Source: Somniosus microcephalus
Taxonomy: Eukaryota
Direction: 5' to 3'
Length of the DNA: 64,000 nt
NCBI GenBank assembly: GCA_052327205.1
Contig: JBMRGM010000040.1
Location: 44,516,001 to 44,580,000 of the forward strand
This document shows positions 25,803 through 37,895 of this stretch, piece after piece. Within the stretch, counting starts at the first letter, position 1, and every line of letters begins with the position of its first letter. The notes beneath the pieces are model-generated. The model was given only the letters and a program-made list of their open reading frames with translations. It was not told the origin of the DNA and did not search any database. Made by a program: the position numbers and the translations under genes.

Positions 25803-28800
25803 TGCGTGTTCAGTCAATTTATTGTCAGGGGTTCAGACTCTGTGTGTTCAGTCAATTTATGGTCAGGGGTCAGATTCTGTGTGCTCAGTCAGTTTATGGT
25901 CAGTGGTCAGTTTCTGTTTGTTCAATCAGTTTATGTTGAGGGGGGCAGATTCTGTGTGTTCAGTCAGTTTATGGTCAGGGGTCAGATTATGTGTGTTCAG
26001 TCAGTTTATGGTCAGGCGGTAAGATTCTGTATGTTCAGTCAGTTTATGGTCAGGGAGTCATTATGTGTGTTCAGTGAGGTTATGGTCAGTAGTCAGATTC
26101 TGTGTGTTCAGTCAGTTTATGGTCGGGGGCCAGATTCTGTGTGTTCAGTCAGTTTATGGTCAGGGCGTCAGATTCTCTGTGTGTTCAGTCAGTTTATGGT
26201 CAGTGGGTCAGATTCTGTTTGTTCAGTCAGTTTATGGTCAGGGGTCAGATTCTGTGTGTTCGGTCAGTTTATGGTCAGGTGTCTGATTCTGTGTGTTCAG
26301 ACAGTTTATGGTCTGGGGAAAGATTCTCTGTGTTCATTCAGTTTATGTTCAGTGGTCAGATTCTGTGTGTTCAGTCAGTTTATGGTCAGGGGGACAGATT
26401 CTGTGTGTTCAGTCAGTTTATGGTCAGGGTGTCAGATTCTGTGTATTCAGTCAGTTTATGGTCAGGGGTCAGATTCTGTGTGTTCAGTCAGTTTATGGTC
26501 AGGGGTCAGATTCTGTGTGTTCAGTCAGTTTATTTTCAGTGGCTCAGATTCTGTATGTTTATTTGATTTATGATCAGGGATCAGATTGTGTGTGTTCAGT
26601 CAGTTTAGTTTCAGCGGTTCAGGTTCTGTGTGTTCAGTCAGTTTATTGTCAGGGTTCAGATTCTGTGTGTTCAGTCAATTTATCATCAGGGGTCAGGTTC
26701 TGTGTGTTCAGTCAGTTTATGGTCAGGGCTGAGATTCTGTGTTATCAATCAGTTTATGGTCAGTGGTCAATTTCTGGATGTTCAGACAGTTTATGGTCAG
26801 TGGTCAGATGCTGTGTGTTCTGTAAGTTTATGGTCAGGGGTCAGATTCTGTGTGTTCAGTCAGTTTATGGTCAGTGGGTCAGATTCTGTGTGTTCAGTCA
26901 GTTTATGGTCAGGGCTCAGATTCTGTGTGTTCAGTCAGTTTATGGTCAGGGCTCAGATTCTGTGTGTTCAGTCAATTTATTGTCAGGGGCACAGAATCTG
27001 TGTTTTCAGTCAATTTATGGTCAGTGGTCAGATCCTGTGTGTTCCGTCAGTTTATGGTCAGTGGTCAGTTTCTGTGTGTTCAGTTAGTTAATCTTCAGGG
27101 GGGCAGATTCTGTGAGTTCAGTCAGTTTATGGTCAGGGGTCAGATTCTGTGTGTTCAGTCAGTTTATGGTCAGGGGTCAGATTCTGTGTGTTCCGTCAGC
27201 TTAAGGTCAGGGGTCAGATTCTGTGTGTTCAGTCAGTTTATGGTCAGTGGCTCAGATTCTGTGTGTTTATTTGATTTATGGTCAGGGATCAGATTGTGTG
27301 TGTTCAGTCAGTTTATGGTCAGAGTTCAGATTCTGTGTGTTCTGTCAATTTACTTTCAGCGTTTCAGGTTCTCTGTGTGTTCAGTCAGTTTATTGTCAGG
27401 GGTCAGATTCTGTGTGTTCAGTCAATTTATCATCAGGGGTCAGATTCTGTGTGTTCATTCAGTCTATGGTCAGGGCTAAGATTCTGTGTGTTCAATCAGT
27501 TCATGGTCAGTGGTCAATTTCTGTGTGTTCAGGCAGTTTATGGTCAGTGGTCAGATGCTGTGTGTTCTGTCAGTTTATGGTCAGGGGTCAGATTCTGTGT
27601 GTTAAATTAGTTTATGTTCAGTGGGTAAGATTCTGTGTGTTCAGTTAATTTATTGTCAGGGGGTCAGATTCTGTGTGTTCAGTCTGTTTATGGTCAGGGG
27701 TCAGATTCTATGTGTTCAGTCAGTTTATGGTCAGTGGGTAAGATTCTGTGTGTTCAGTCAATTTATTGTCAGGGGGACAGAATCTGTGTGTTCAATCAAT
27801 TTATGGTCAGGGGTCAGATCCTGTCTGTTCAGTCAGTTTATGTTCAGTGGTCAGTTTCTGTGTGTTCAGTCAGTTTATCTTCAGGGGGGCAGATTTTTGA
27901 GTTCATTCAGTTTATGGTCAGGGTTCAGATTATGTGTGTTCAGTCAGTTTATGGTCAGGGGGTCAGATTATGTGTGTTCAGTCAGGTTATGGTCAGGGGT
28001 CAGATTCTGTGTGTTCAGTCAGTTTATGGTCATGGGTCCGAATCTCTGTGTTCATTCAGTTTATGGCCAGGGCGTCAGATTCTCTGTGTGTTCAGTCAGT
28101 TTATGGTCAGGGGTCAGATTCTGTGTGTTCATTCAGTTTATGGTCAGGGGTCAGATTCTGTGTGTTCAGTCAGTTTATGGTCAGGGGTCAGATTCTCTGT
28201 GTTCATTCAGTTTATGATCAGGAGGTCAGATTCTGTGTGTTCAGTCAGCTTATGATCAGTGGGTCAGATTCTGTGTGTTCACTCAGTTTATGATCAGTGG
28301 GTCAAATTCTGTGTGTTCAGTCACTTTATGATCCGAGGGTCAGATTTTGTGTGTTCAGTCAGTTTATGGTCAGTGGGTCAGATTCAGTGTGTTCAGTCAG
28401 TTTATGGTCAGAGGTCAGATTCTGTGTGTTCAGTCAGTTTATGGACAGGGCGTAAGATTCTGTGTTTTCTGCCATTTTATGGTCAGGGGCTCAGAATCTG
28501 TGTGTTCATTCAGTTTATGGTCAGTGGTTCAGATTGTGTGTTCAGTCAGTTTATGATCAGGGGTCAGATTCTGTGTGTTCAGTTATTTTATGATCAGAGG
28601 TCAGATTCTGTGTGTTCAGTCAGTTTATGGTCAGGGGTCAGATATTGTGTGTACAGTCAGTTTATGGTCAGGGGTCAGATATTGTGTGTACAGTCAGTTT
28701 ATGGTCGGGGTCAGTTTCTCTGTGTTGAGTCAGTTTATGGTCAGGGTGCCAGATTCGTTGTGTTGAGTCAATTTATGGTCAGGGTGTCAGATTCTGTGTG

Positions 28801-28984
28801 TACAGTCAGTTTATGTTCATGGGTCAGATTCTGTGTCTACAGTCAGTTAATGGTCAGGGGTCAGATTCTGTGTGTTCACTCATTTTATGTTCAAGGGTCA
28901 GATTCTGTGTGTACAGTCAGTTAATGGTCAGGGGTCAGATTCTGTGTGTTCACTCAGTTTATGTTCAAGGGTCAGATTCTGTGT

Positions 28985-29534
28985 GCTCCTGGCCGGTTTC
29001 CCATCTCCCACCCTCCATAACTTGAGCTAATCCAAAGCTGTGCTGCCCGTAACCTAAACCACACCAAATCCCGGTATACCAACACACCTGTGCTCAGCTG
29101 AATTACATTGGCTCACGTTCCGGCAAAGATTCCATTTTAAAATTATCGTCCTTGCTTACAAATCCCTGCATGGCCTCGCCCTCCCTACCTCTGCAAACTC
29201 TACCAGCCTCTCAACACTCCCGAGATCTCTGTGCTCCTCTAATTCTGGCCTCTTGAATACCCTCGATTTAAACCGCTCCACCATTGTCGGCTGTGCTTTC
29301 AGTTGACTGGGTCCGAAGCTCAGGAATCACCTCCTAATCCTCTCTGCTTCTCAATCTCCATCCTCCTTTAAGATGCTGCTTAAATCTTACCTCTTTGACT
29401 AAGCTTTTGGTCATCTTTACTAATATCTCCTTATGTGGCTCCGGGTCAGATTTTCTTTAATAACGCTCCTATGAATCGCTTGGGTCATTTTACTGTGTTA
29501 CAGGCGCTATATGAATGCAATTTGTTGTTGTTGT
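28985..29534 (+). mobile_element. L2 LINE 3' fragment
   Basis: Decayed LHWL..V..RFHFKI..LAYKSLHGLA-like coding, and a 3' end ggcgctatatgaatgcaa followed by (TTG)n. Confidence 0.8.
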
Positions 29535-32510
29535 ACCTATTTTTTGCACATTCTCCAGTTCTTCTATGTCCTTTTTATATTATGGAGACCATAACTATGC
29601 ACAGTTCTCTATGTGTGACCTGACCTGTGTCCTATACAAGTTTAATAAAATTTACAAATATTTACAGCACAGAGACAGGCCATTCGACTCAAAATGTCCA
29701 TGTTGGTGTCCATGCTCCACACGAGCCTCCACCCAACCTCCTTCATCTAACCCAGTAACAATATCGTTCTATTCCTTTCCCCCTTAAATGTGTCTATGGT
29801 ATTCGCATCAACTGCTCCTTGTGGTAGTGAGCTCCACATTCTGACCACTCATTTGGTAAAAACGTTTCTCCTGAATTCCCGATTAGATTTCTTAATAACT
29901 ATCTTACATCCAAGACCCCACGGTCTGATCTCTCCTGCAATTGGAAACACCTTCTCTAATCTACCTTATGGAACCCTTTCTTAATCTCCAATAACTCGAT
30001 CTGATTATCCCTCAGTCTTCAGTTTCCTAAAGAATGGAGCCCCAGCCTGTTCAGCCTTTCCTGACAGGTATAACCTCTCAGTTCTGGTATCATTCGAGTA
30101 AATAATGTTTGTACCTGCGCCAGTCCCTCTATGTCCGTTTTATAAGATGGAGATCATGTTCTTTGTTCACCAAGTTTCTATACAAGTTTAACATAACTTC
30201 TATTCTTTACAGTGCTATTCCTCTTGAAATGAACCCCAGTGCTCTCTTTGTGTTTATGACCTTATCAACCGGCATTGCAACTTTTAGTGATTTATGTAGC
30301 TGTACCCTCACATCCCTCTGTCCCTCAACCCCGTTAAGAACTTATTTTCCAAAGTATATGTGACCTCCTTTTTCTTCCTATTAAAATGCACTACCTCACA
30401 TTTCTCTATATGATGTTCATTTGCCAGTTACACGCCCATTTTGCCAGTTTAATAAAGTCTTCCTGGATTTTGTCGCATTCCTTCTCTGTATTAAGTATAA
30501 ACCCCCATTTAAATGGCATCCTCAATGTTCGAAATTGCACTTCTGATTCCCGAGTCCGAATTGTTTAGGTAAATGATGAAGAAAAGTGTTCTCAGCACCG
30601 ATCCTTGTGAAGCACCACTTCCCCACCGTTGGCCAACTACAATTCTTTGAATTATATCGCCTTAGAATTAAACCCCAATTCAACGTTAGCATTTTAATTG
30701 CTTAGCTGTCCAGTGATACTGCTTTTAATTATTTTACCACCTGTAGCCCTAGAGCCCTTTGCTCTTCTGCCGCATTCAGTTTCTTATTTTCTGAGGTATC
30801 GGTGATTATAGCAGCATGGAATGATACAACACAGAAGGAGGCCATTCGGCCCACCGTGCCTGTGCTGGCTCTTTGGTAGAGCTGTCCAATGAATCCCACT
30901 CCTCTGCTCTTTCCCCAGTATTTTATTTGACTTCAAGTATTTTCTCCAAGTCCCCTTTGAAAGTTAGTATTGAATCTGCTTCCACCGCCCTTTCAGCAGC
31001 GTATTCCAGATCACAACAACTCGCTGTGTAAAACACAATCCTCCTCATGTTGTCTCTGGTTCTTTTGTCAATCACATTAAATCTGTGTCCTCTGGTTACC
31101 GACCCCACTGCCGCTGGAAACAGTTGCTCCTTTATTAATCTATTACATCTATTTAGGCTTTTGAACACCTCTATCAAATCTCCTCTTAACCTTCTCTGCT
31201 CTACTCAGAACAAACCCAGCTTCTCCAAACTCTCCACATAACTGAAGTCCCTTATCCCTGGCCGGTACCATTCTAGTAAATCTCTTCTGCACACGCTCCA
31301 AGGCTTTGACATTTTCCTAAAGTGTGGTGCCCAGAATTGGAAAGAATATTCCAGCTGAAGCATAATGAGTGCTTTATAAAGTTTTTGCATAACTTCCCTG
31401 CTTTTCTGCTATACTGCTTATTAATAAAGTGAAGCATCCCGTAGGCTTTTTTAAAATACTTCTCAAATTGTCGGCCACCTTCAAAGATTACTGTACATAG
31501 ATGCCTAGGTCCCTCTGTTCCTCCACTCCCTTTAAAATTGTACCAATGTTATCACATTTCCTCTCCTCATTTTTCATTTCACAATTCTGGCATAGTGGTT
31601 AGCATTGTTGCCTCACAGCGCCAGAGACCCGGGTTCGAATCCGGCCTCGGGCGACTGTCTGTGTGGAGTTTGCACATTCTCCCCGTGTTTGCGTGGGTTT
31701 TCTCCGGGTGCTCCGGTTTCCTCCCACAGTCCAAAGATGTGCGGGTTAGGTTGATTGGCTATGATAAATTGACCCTTAGCGTTAGGGGGATTAAATACAT
31801 GTGGTTACAGGGATAGGGTGGGATATGTGTTGGTGTAGGGGTTATGGGGATCGGGTGGGATATGTGTTGGTGCAGGCTCGATGGGCCGAAATGGCCTCTA
31901 TCTGCACTGTTGTGATTCTGTTTCTGTGAATTCTCTCTGTTAAATAGAATCTGTCAAGTATCTGCCTAATTGAATCAGAGTTCGGGTTATGCTGTAAGCA
32001 AAGGGATTGGGTTAGGAAAGAAACACCATCAGAGAAGTGTAGGATCATGTCAGGGACGTATCTGAAGCTCTCAAACCCAACAGCCTGAGGAACAGTTTAT
32101 AAGGGTAAAGAACCAGGCACATTTTCTTGGCATTTAGCGTCTTGCTTTCGGCTCCAATGATATTTTGCTCCGTCAATGCAAAATATGCCAGTAAGCTGAG
32201 TAAGGAGATAACTTTAAATGCAGGAATGTGGGTCAATTAGGAGGTGTTGCTTGAATGACGCTTTAACCGAACATCACCCATGATCGTACTGAATGGTGGA
32301 GTAGGCTCGAAGGGCAAAATGGCCTAATCCATCTCCTATTTCTAATGTTCTCATGTTGGAATGTTAAGTTACGTCCTCCTGAAGCCTGTTACTATCCTCC
32401 ACATGGTGCGCTGCATTTCCGAGTTTTGATGCCCTGTGTGTCACGTGGTTTTTATCAAATGCCATTTGAAAGTCCATATACACAACATCAACCGCACTAC
32501 CCTCATGATG
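29535..32510 (-). mobile_element. Cluster of nested decayed CR1 fragments, mostly minus strand
   Basis: ORF relics such as MIEVFK...VTRGHRFNVI and LYKAL...LEYSFQFWAPHFRK. CR1 3' ends near 29660 and 30820. Boundaries are approximate. Confidence 0.75.
31589..31928 (+). mobile_element. tRNA-derived V-SINE (HE1-like), near full length
   Basis: A-box-like (ggcatagtggtt) and B-box (ggttcgaatcc) head, V-domain (gtggagtttgcacattctccccgtg...ctccggtttcctcccaca), CR1-type 3' tail, and TSD AATTCT. Confidence 0.92.
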
Positions 32511-32855
32511 CTTCTATTATATTGTCAATTAACTGCGCATATTGCATGCTTTCTAAGGTCTATTGTGAGATGTCATTGTGAGAAATGTCTATTCAATATT
32601 TGAAGCAAAGCATCAGTGTAATGAATAAAAAGCAATAATAATTAATAAAGGCAGCCATCTACAACTGTGTGTGGTTTTGAAATTTTATCATGACTTCTGA
32701 GGATTTATTGCAGAGTAAACTCTTGGCTTCTCACTTTGTAGCACTGCTTTTCGAAGAAGTCAGTGAAGCTATTATTTATTTCAAAAAACAGAACTGCTCA
32801 CCTGTTTGCTTCAGCCTCTCTTTGCGACTTTCGATATATATATATATGCATCGAA

Positions 32856-34630
32856 CATCCTAAACTCCTCCCCACCCCACCTAATATCCTCAGCTCCTCC
32901 CCACCCCAACTAATATCCTAAACTCCTCCCCACCCCACATATTATCCTCAGCTCCTCCCCACCCCACCTAATATCCTCCGCTCCTCCCCAACCAACCTAA
33001 TATCCTCAACTCCTCCCCAACCATCCTAATATACTCAGCTCTGCCCCACCCCATATCATATCCTCAGCTCCTCCCCACCGTACCTAATATCCTCAGCTTC
33101 ACCCCACCCCACCTAATATCCTCAGCTCCGCCCCAACCATCCTATTATCATCAGCTCCTCCCCACCCAACCTAATATTCTCAGCTCCTCCCACCCCACAT
33201 AATATTCTCAGCTCCTCCCACCCCACATAATATCCTCAGCTCCTCCCCACCACACCTCAGATCCTCAGCTCCACCCCACCCCATCTAATATCCTCAGCTC
33301 CTCCTCACCCCACCTAATATCCTCAGCTCCTCCCCACCCCACCTAATATCCTCAGCTCCACCCCACCCCACCTAATATCCTCAGCTCCTCCCCACCCCAC
33401 CTAATATCCTCAGCTCCTCCCCACCCCACCTAATATCCTCAGCTCCTCCCCACCCCACCTAATATCCTCAGCTCCTCCACACCCCATCTAATATCCTCAG
33501 CTCCTCCCCACCCCACCTAATATCCTCAGCTCCTCCACACCCCATCTAATATCCTCAGCACCTCCCCACCCCACCTAATATCCTCAGCTCCTCCCCACCC
33601 CACCTAATATCCTCAGCTCCTCCTCACCCCACCTAAGATCCTCAGCTCCTCCCCACGCCACCAACATCCTCAGCTCCTCCCCACCCCACCTAATATCCTC
33701 AGCTCCTCCCCACCCCATCCAATATCCTCAGCTCCTCCCCACCCCATCCAATATCCTCAGCGCCTCCCCACCCCATCCAATATTCTCAGCTCCCCCTACT
33801 ACACCTAATATCCTCAGCTCCACCCCATCTCACCTAAAATCCTCAGCTCCTCCCCACTCCACCTAATATCCTCAGCTCCTCCCCACCCCACCTAGTATTC
33901 TCAGCTCCCCCTACCACACCTAATATACTCAGCTCCTCCCCAGCCCAACTAATATCCACTGCTCCTCCACACCCCACCTAATATCCTCAGCTCATCCCCA
34001 ACCCACCTAATATATTCAGCTCCTCTCCACCCCAACTAATATCCTCTGCTCCCACTCAACCCACCTGATGCGCTATCAATTACTCATAAAAGACTGAGAG
34101 TTAAGAGAGTAACTAAAGGCTTTTATTAACAAAAGAATGAAGGTCTGCCTCGAGTGGTCGACCGGTCCAGAATACAAAGGGGGCTGGGGAGCAGTATCCT
34201 TTATACTAGGACTTGTGGGAGGAGTCAGCCGAGGCATGTCCAGGCATGTACACAGTGGAATGCAAACAGTGGTTTACCACACCACCAAATATCCCCAGCT
34301 CCTCCCCACCACACCTAATATACTCAGCTCCTCCCCACCACACCTAATATCCTCAGCTGCTCCTCACCCCACCTAATATCCTCAGCTCTTCCTTCCACCA
34401 ACCTAATATCCTCAGCTCCTCCCCACCCCACCGAGTATCCTCCGATCCTTCCCAACCCACCTTATATCCTCAGCTCCTCCCCACCCCAGCTAATATCCAT
34501 AGCTCCGCTCCAACCCACCTAATATCCTCAGCTTCTCCTGAACCCACCTACTATCCTCATCTCCTCCCCCAGCCAGCTAATCTCCTCAGCTCAATCCCAC
34601 CCCATCTAATATCCTCAGCTCTACCCCACC
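32856..34630. repeat. 29-bp C-rich minisatellite CCTAATATCCTCAGCTCCTCCCCACCCCA
   Basis: Direct tandem repeats, most homogeneous around 33300-33650. Confidence 0.95.
34066..34281 (-). mobile_element. Solo LTR (216 bp) in the minisatellite
   Basis: TG...CA termini and a 5-bp TSD CCACC (34061-34065 / 34282-34286). Minus-strand TATAAA lies upstream of AATAAA. Confidence 0.82.
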
Positions 34631-34986
34631 AAGGTTAAATTGAATCCTTTTGAACTGAATGGCTGCAAACTCCTTTGAACGCGACCTTTTCAGCTGCGGG
34701 GAAATTTTACAACAACAAATTTTAGAGCAACTTTTAGAAAAGCAACTTTAAAAGCAACGACTTTAACAACAGCCACTTAAAATCATATATGCAGTAATGA
34801 GCTATTGCCACCCCATCATCTCAAATCATGAAATTATCAGACAAGGTTCTGCAAGTTTAACATAACATCCCTGTTTTTGAAATCTATTCCTCTGGAAATG
34901 AACCTGTGCTTTATTTGCACTTTTATGGCTTTTTAACCTGCATTGTTACTTCTGATGATTTGTGAATCAATACCCCGAGATCCCTT

Positions 34987-35265
34987 TGCACCTCTACCCC
35001 TTTTAGACTCTTATTTTCCAAGGAGTAGCTGTGGTCTTTATTCCTGCTTCCAAAACTCACCAGCTCACACTTACCTATATTGAAATTCATTTGTCATATA
35101 ACTGCCCATTCTGCAAGTTTTTTATGGTAGAATTAATTAAAAGCTTTTATTCGTTATGTACAAACTTTATTTAAATTAATAATTGTCACAAATGATTGGG
35201 ATATAAAAGAACTGCAGAATAATAAATTAACACTTCAGAAACGTCACTCAGTTACACATGGACAA
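34987..35265. repeat. Diverged duplicate (copy 2) of 1-279
   Basis: Collinear match with the window start. The CR1 part extends left to about 34850. Confidence 0.85.
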
Positions 35266-35288
35266 CAATCCAAAAGCCCAAGGTGAGC
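35202..35288 (+). promoter_or_regulatory. Candidate TATA box plus short exon ending in a canonical splice donor
   Basis: TATAAAAG at 35202, ATG at 35258 (MDNNPKAQ), and AAG|GTGAGC donor at 35283. Motif evidence only. Confidence 0.3.
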
Positions 35289-36204
35289 TGAATGAGACAT
35301 ATCCATTCGTGCTATTTGTATTAATTTTAAGGTTTTCCACATATGACCCCTTCCCTCATGTCACTATAGCTATGGCTGCACAAGCAGCAGGAGCAGTAGC
35401 TTTCCTATGGCGCTGACCTGCTGTACATCCAGATATGTAATCAGAATATTAATTACAATGCACCCAGACAACCAACAAATATAAAGTGATGAAGTTCTTT
35501 ATTTCACAGTATTAAAAAGAATTGAACAGCAACGGGTATATGTTTTTCCAACTTCAATCACTTCCATTAATAAACGTGGTCTTCTTGAACCAGCACACTC
35601 ACCCCCTCCCATGTAACATGTCAGAAATGCAGCACTTAGTCACAAGTGCAGAAAAACACATACACAATTTGCGTCACTGAATGAAAAACAAAAAGAAGGA
35701 AAAGCTATGATTTAACCCAAAAAAATATTCATCATTCTTCCTGGACAAAAGAACCAATCAGACTGAATTGGAAATATTTATTAATATGTTAATGTAAAGA
35801 TGTTAATTTACCATTTCGCTTCCAATGTTTTTCTCTCAATCATTCTCCACAATATTAATCCCCGCTCTTATCACGAAAAGTATTGCATTATTTTAGGGAC
35901 TTCCCAATCAAATAGCAGGAAACAAACTTCATTGATCTCTCAATTTTCAATTTCCTATTTTAAACATTTATACCAATCAAAATGATAGATTATCAGTTTA
36001 AGCAAAGTATTTTGTGTGTCTTTCTCATTAAAAAAATAATGGTTTCTTCTCAAGTAGCTTGCTGCATTTTTCATGCATCAGTACAGAGTTCTTGTTTCAA
36101 TTAACACTACACTAAACATTTAAGAAGAAATCTATAGTTACGTTATTCCTGGGACTTGTTCAGACTATAGAACGACAGGCGAAATAAAATCGTTCACAAT
36201 AGCA

Positions 36205-36345
36205 GAATACAGCGGATGCTGGAATCTGAAATATAAACAGAAAATGCTGGGAATACTCAGCAGGCCAGGCAGCATCTGTGGCGACCGAGAGCAAATCAAA
36301 TTTAACGTTTCAGGTCTGTGGTCTTTCGTCAGAACTGGATAAAGT
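36205..36345 (-). mobile_element. Penelope-like terminal repeat, reverse copy, with a hammerhead-like motif
   Basis: Inverted homolog of 37950-38075. The minus strand reads gttCTGACGAaagaccacagacctGAAACGTTAaa. Confidence 0.55.
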
Positions 36346-37030
36346 TAGAGATTTAACCAGATGTGGGGAGAGAGAGAGGAACAAAGTGAAGGTTTCAGGT
36401 CTGTGGCCATTTGTTGAACTGGATAAAGTTAGAGATTTAACCAGGTGTGGGGAGAGAGAGAGGAACAAAGTGAAGGTTTCAGGTCTGTGGCCATTTGTTG
36501 AACTGGATAAAGTTAGAGATTTAACCAGGTGTGGAGAGAGAGTGGAACAAAGTGAAGGTTTCAGGTCTGTGGCCATTTGTTGAACTGGATAAAGTTAGAG
36601 ATTTAACCAGATGTGGGGAGAGAGAAAGGAACAAAGTGAAGGTTTCAGGTCTGTGGCCATTTGTTGAACTGGATAAAGTTAGAGATTTAACCAGGTGTGG
36701 AGAGAGAGTGGAACAAAGTGAAGGTTTCAGGTCTGTGGCCATTTGTTGAACTGGATAAAGTTAGAGATTTAACCAGGTGTGGAGAGAGAGTGGAACAAAG
36801 TGAAGGTTTCAGGTCTGTGGCCATTTGTTGAACTGGATAAAGTTAGAGATTTAACCAGGTGTGGAGAGAGAGTGGAACAAAGTGAAGGTTTCAGGTCTGT
36901 GGCCATTTGTTGAACTGGATAAAGTTAGAGATTTAACCAGATGTGGGGAGAGAGAAAGGAACAAAGTTAAGGTTTCAGGTCTGTGGCCATTTGTTGAACT
37001 GGATAAAGTTAGAGATTTAACCAGATGTCG
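36310..37030. repeat. 82-84-bp tandem array, about 9 near-identical copies
   Basis: gaactggataaagttagagatttaacc recurs at 36332, 36416, 36500, 36582 and onward. Confidence 0.95.
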
Positions 37031-37895
37031 AGGCCGGATTTAACCACTCCGGCCTTTCACCCTATCACAGACCATCCTCCGGCCTTTGGGAACTGGATAA
37101 AGTTAGAGATTTAACCAGATGTAGAAGCCGGATTTAACCACTCCGGCCTTTCACCCTATCACAGACCATCCTCTGGCCTTTGGGAACTGGACAAAGTTAG
37201 AGATTTAACCAGATGTAGAGGCCGGATTTAACCACTGCGGCATCCCACCCTATCACAGACCATCCTCCGGCCTGTGGGAACTGGATAAAGTTAGAGATTG
37301 AACCAGATGTAGAGGCCGGATTTAACCACTCCGGCATCCCACCCTCTCACAGACCATCCTCCGGCCTGTGGGAACTGGATAAAGTTAGAGATTTAACCAG
37401 ATGTAGAGGCCGGATTTAACCACTGCGGCATCCCACCCTATCACAGACCATCCTACGGCCTGTGGGAACTGGATAAAGTTAGAGATTGAACCAGATGTAG
37501 AGGCCGGATTTAACCACTGCGGCATCCCACCCTATCACAGAACATCCTCCGGCCTGTGGGAACTGGATAAAGTTAGAGATTTAACCAGATGTAGAGGCCG
37601 GATTTAACCACTCCGGCATCACACACTATCACAAACCATCCTCCGGCCTGTGGGAACTAGATAAAGTTAGAGATTTAAACAGATGTCGAGGCGGGATTTC
37701 ACCACTGCGGCCTACCACCCTATCAGAGACCATCCCTTGGATAAAGTTAGAGATTTAACCAGATGTAGAGGCCGGGTTTCACCACTGCGGCCTACCACCC
37801 TATCAGAGACCATCCCTTGGATAAAGTTAGAGATTTAACCAGATGTAGAGGCCGGGTTTCACCACTGCGGCCTACCACCATATCACAGACCATCC
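37030..37895. repeat. 94-bp tandem array (last units shorter), sharing half its unit with the 84-bp array
   Basis: gaactgg... recurs at 37090, 37184 and 37278. The second half is cggcctttcaccctatcacagaccatcc. Confidence 0.95.

Larger units (their letters stand above)
8906..28987. repeat. Satellite array, 38-39-bp monomer GGTCAGATTCTGTGTGTTCAGTCAGTTTATGGTCAGGG, roughly 500 copies
   Basis: Directly visible head-to-tail repeats, all in one orientation, G/T-rich on the + strand. Confidence 0.98.

Noticed and set aside
8906-28987. CRISPR-like appearance of short regular repeats (also 36310-37895 and 39905-41910)
   Set aside because: There are no unique spacers and no cas genes, and the context is eukaryotic. 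These are contiguous tandem repeats.
8739-29025. Dozens of Cys/Val/Ser-rich ORFs up to 425 aa on the + strand
   Set aside because: They are translations of the 38-bp satellite, whose consensus lacks stops in all three + frames. They overlap in every frame and cycle through the same three peptides.
31589-31660. tRNA-like sequence with A and B boxes
   Set aside because: It is the head of a V-SINE, continuing into the V-domain and a CR1 tail with a TSD. It is not a tRNA gene.
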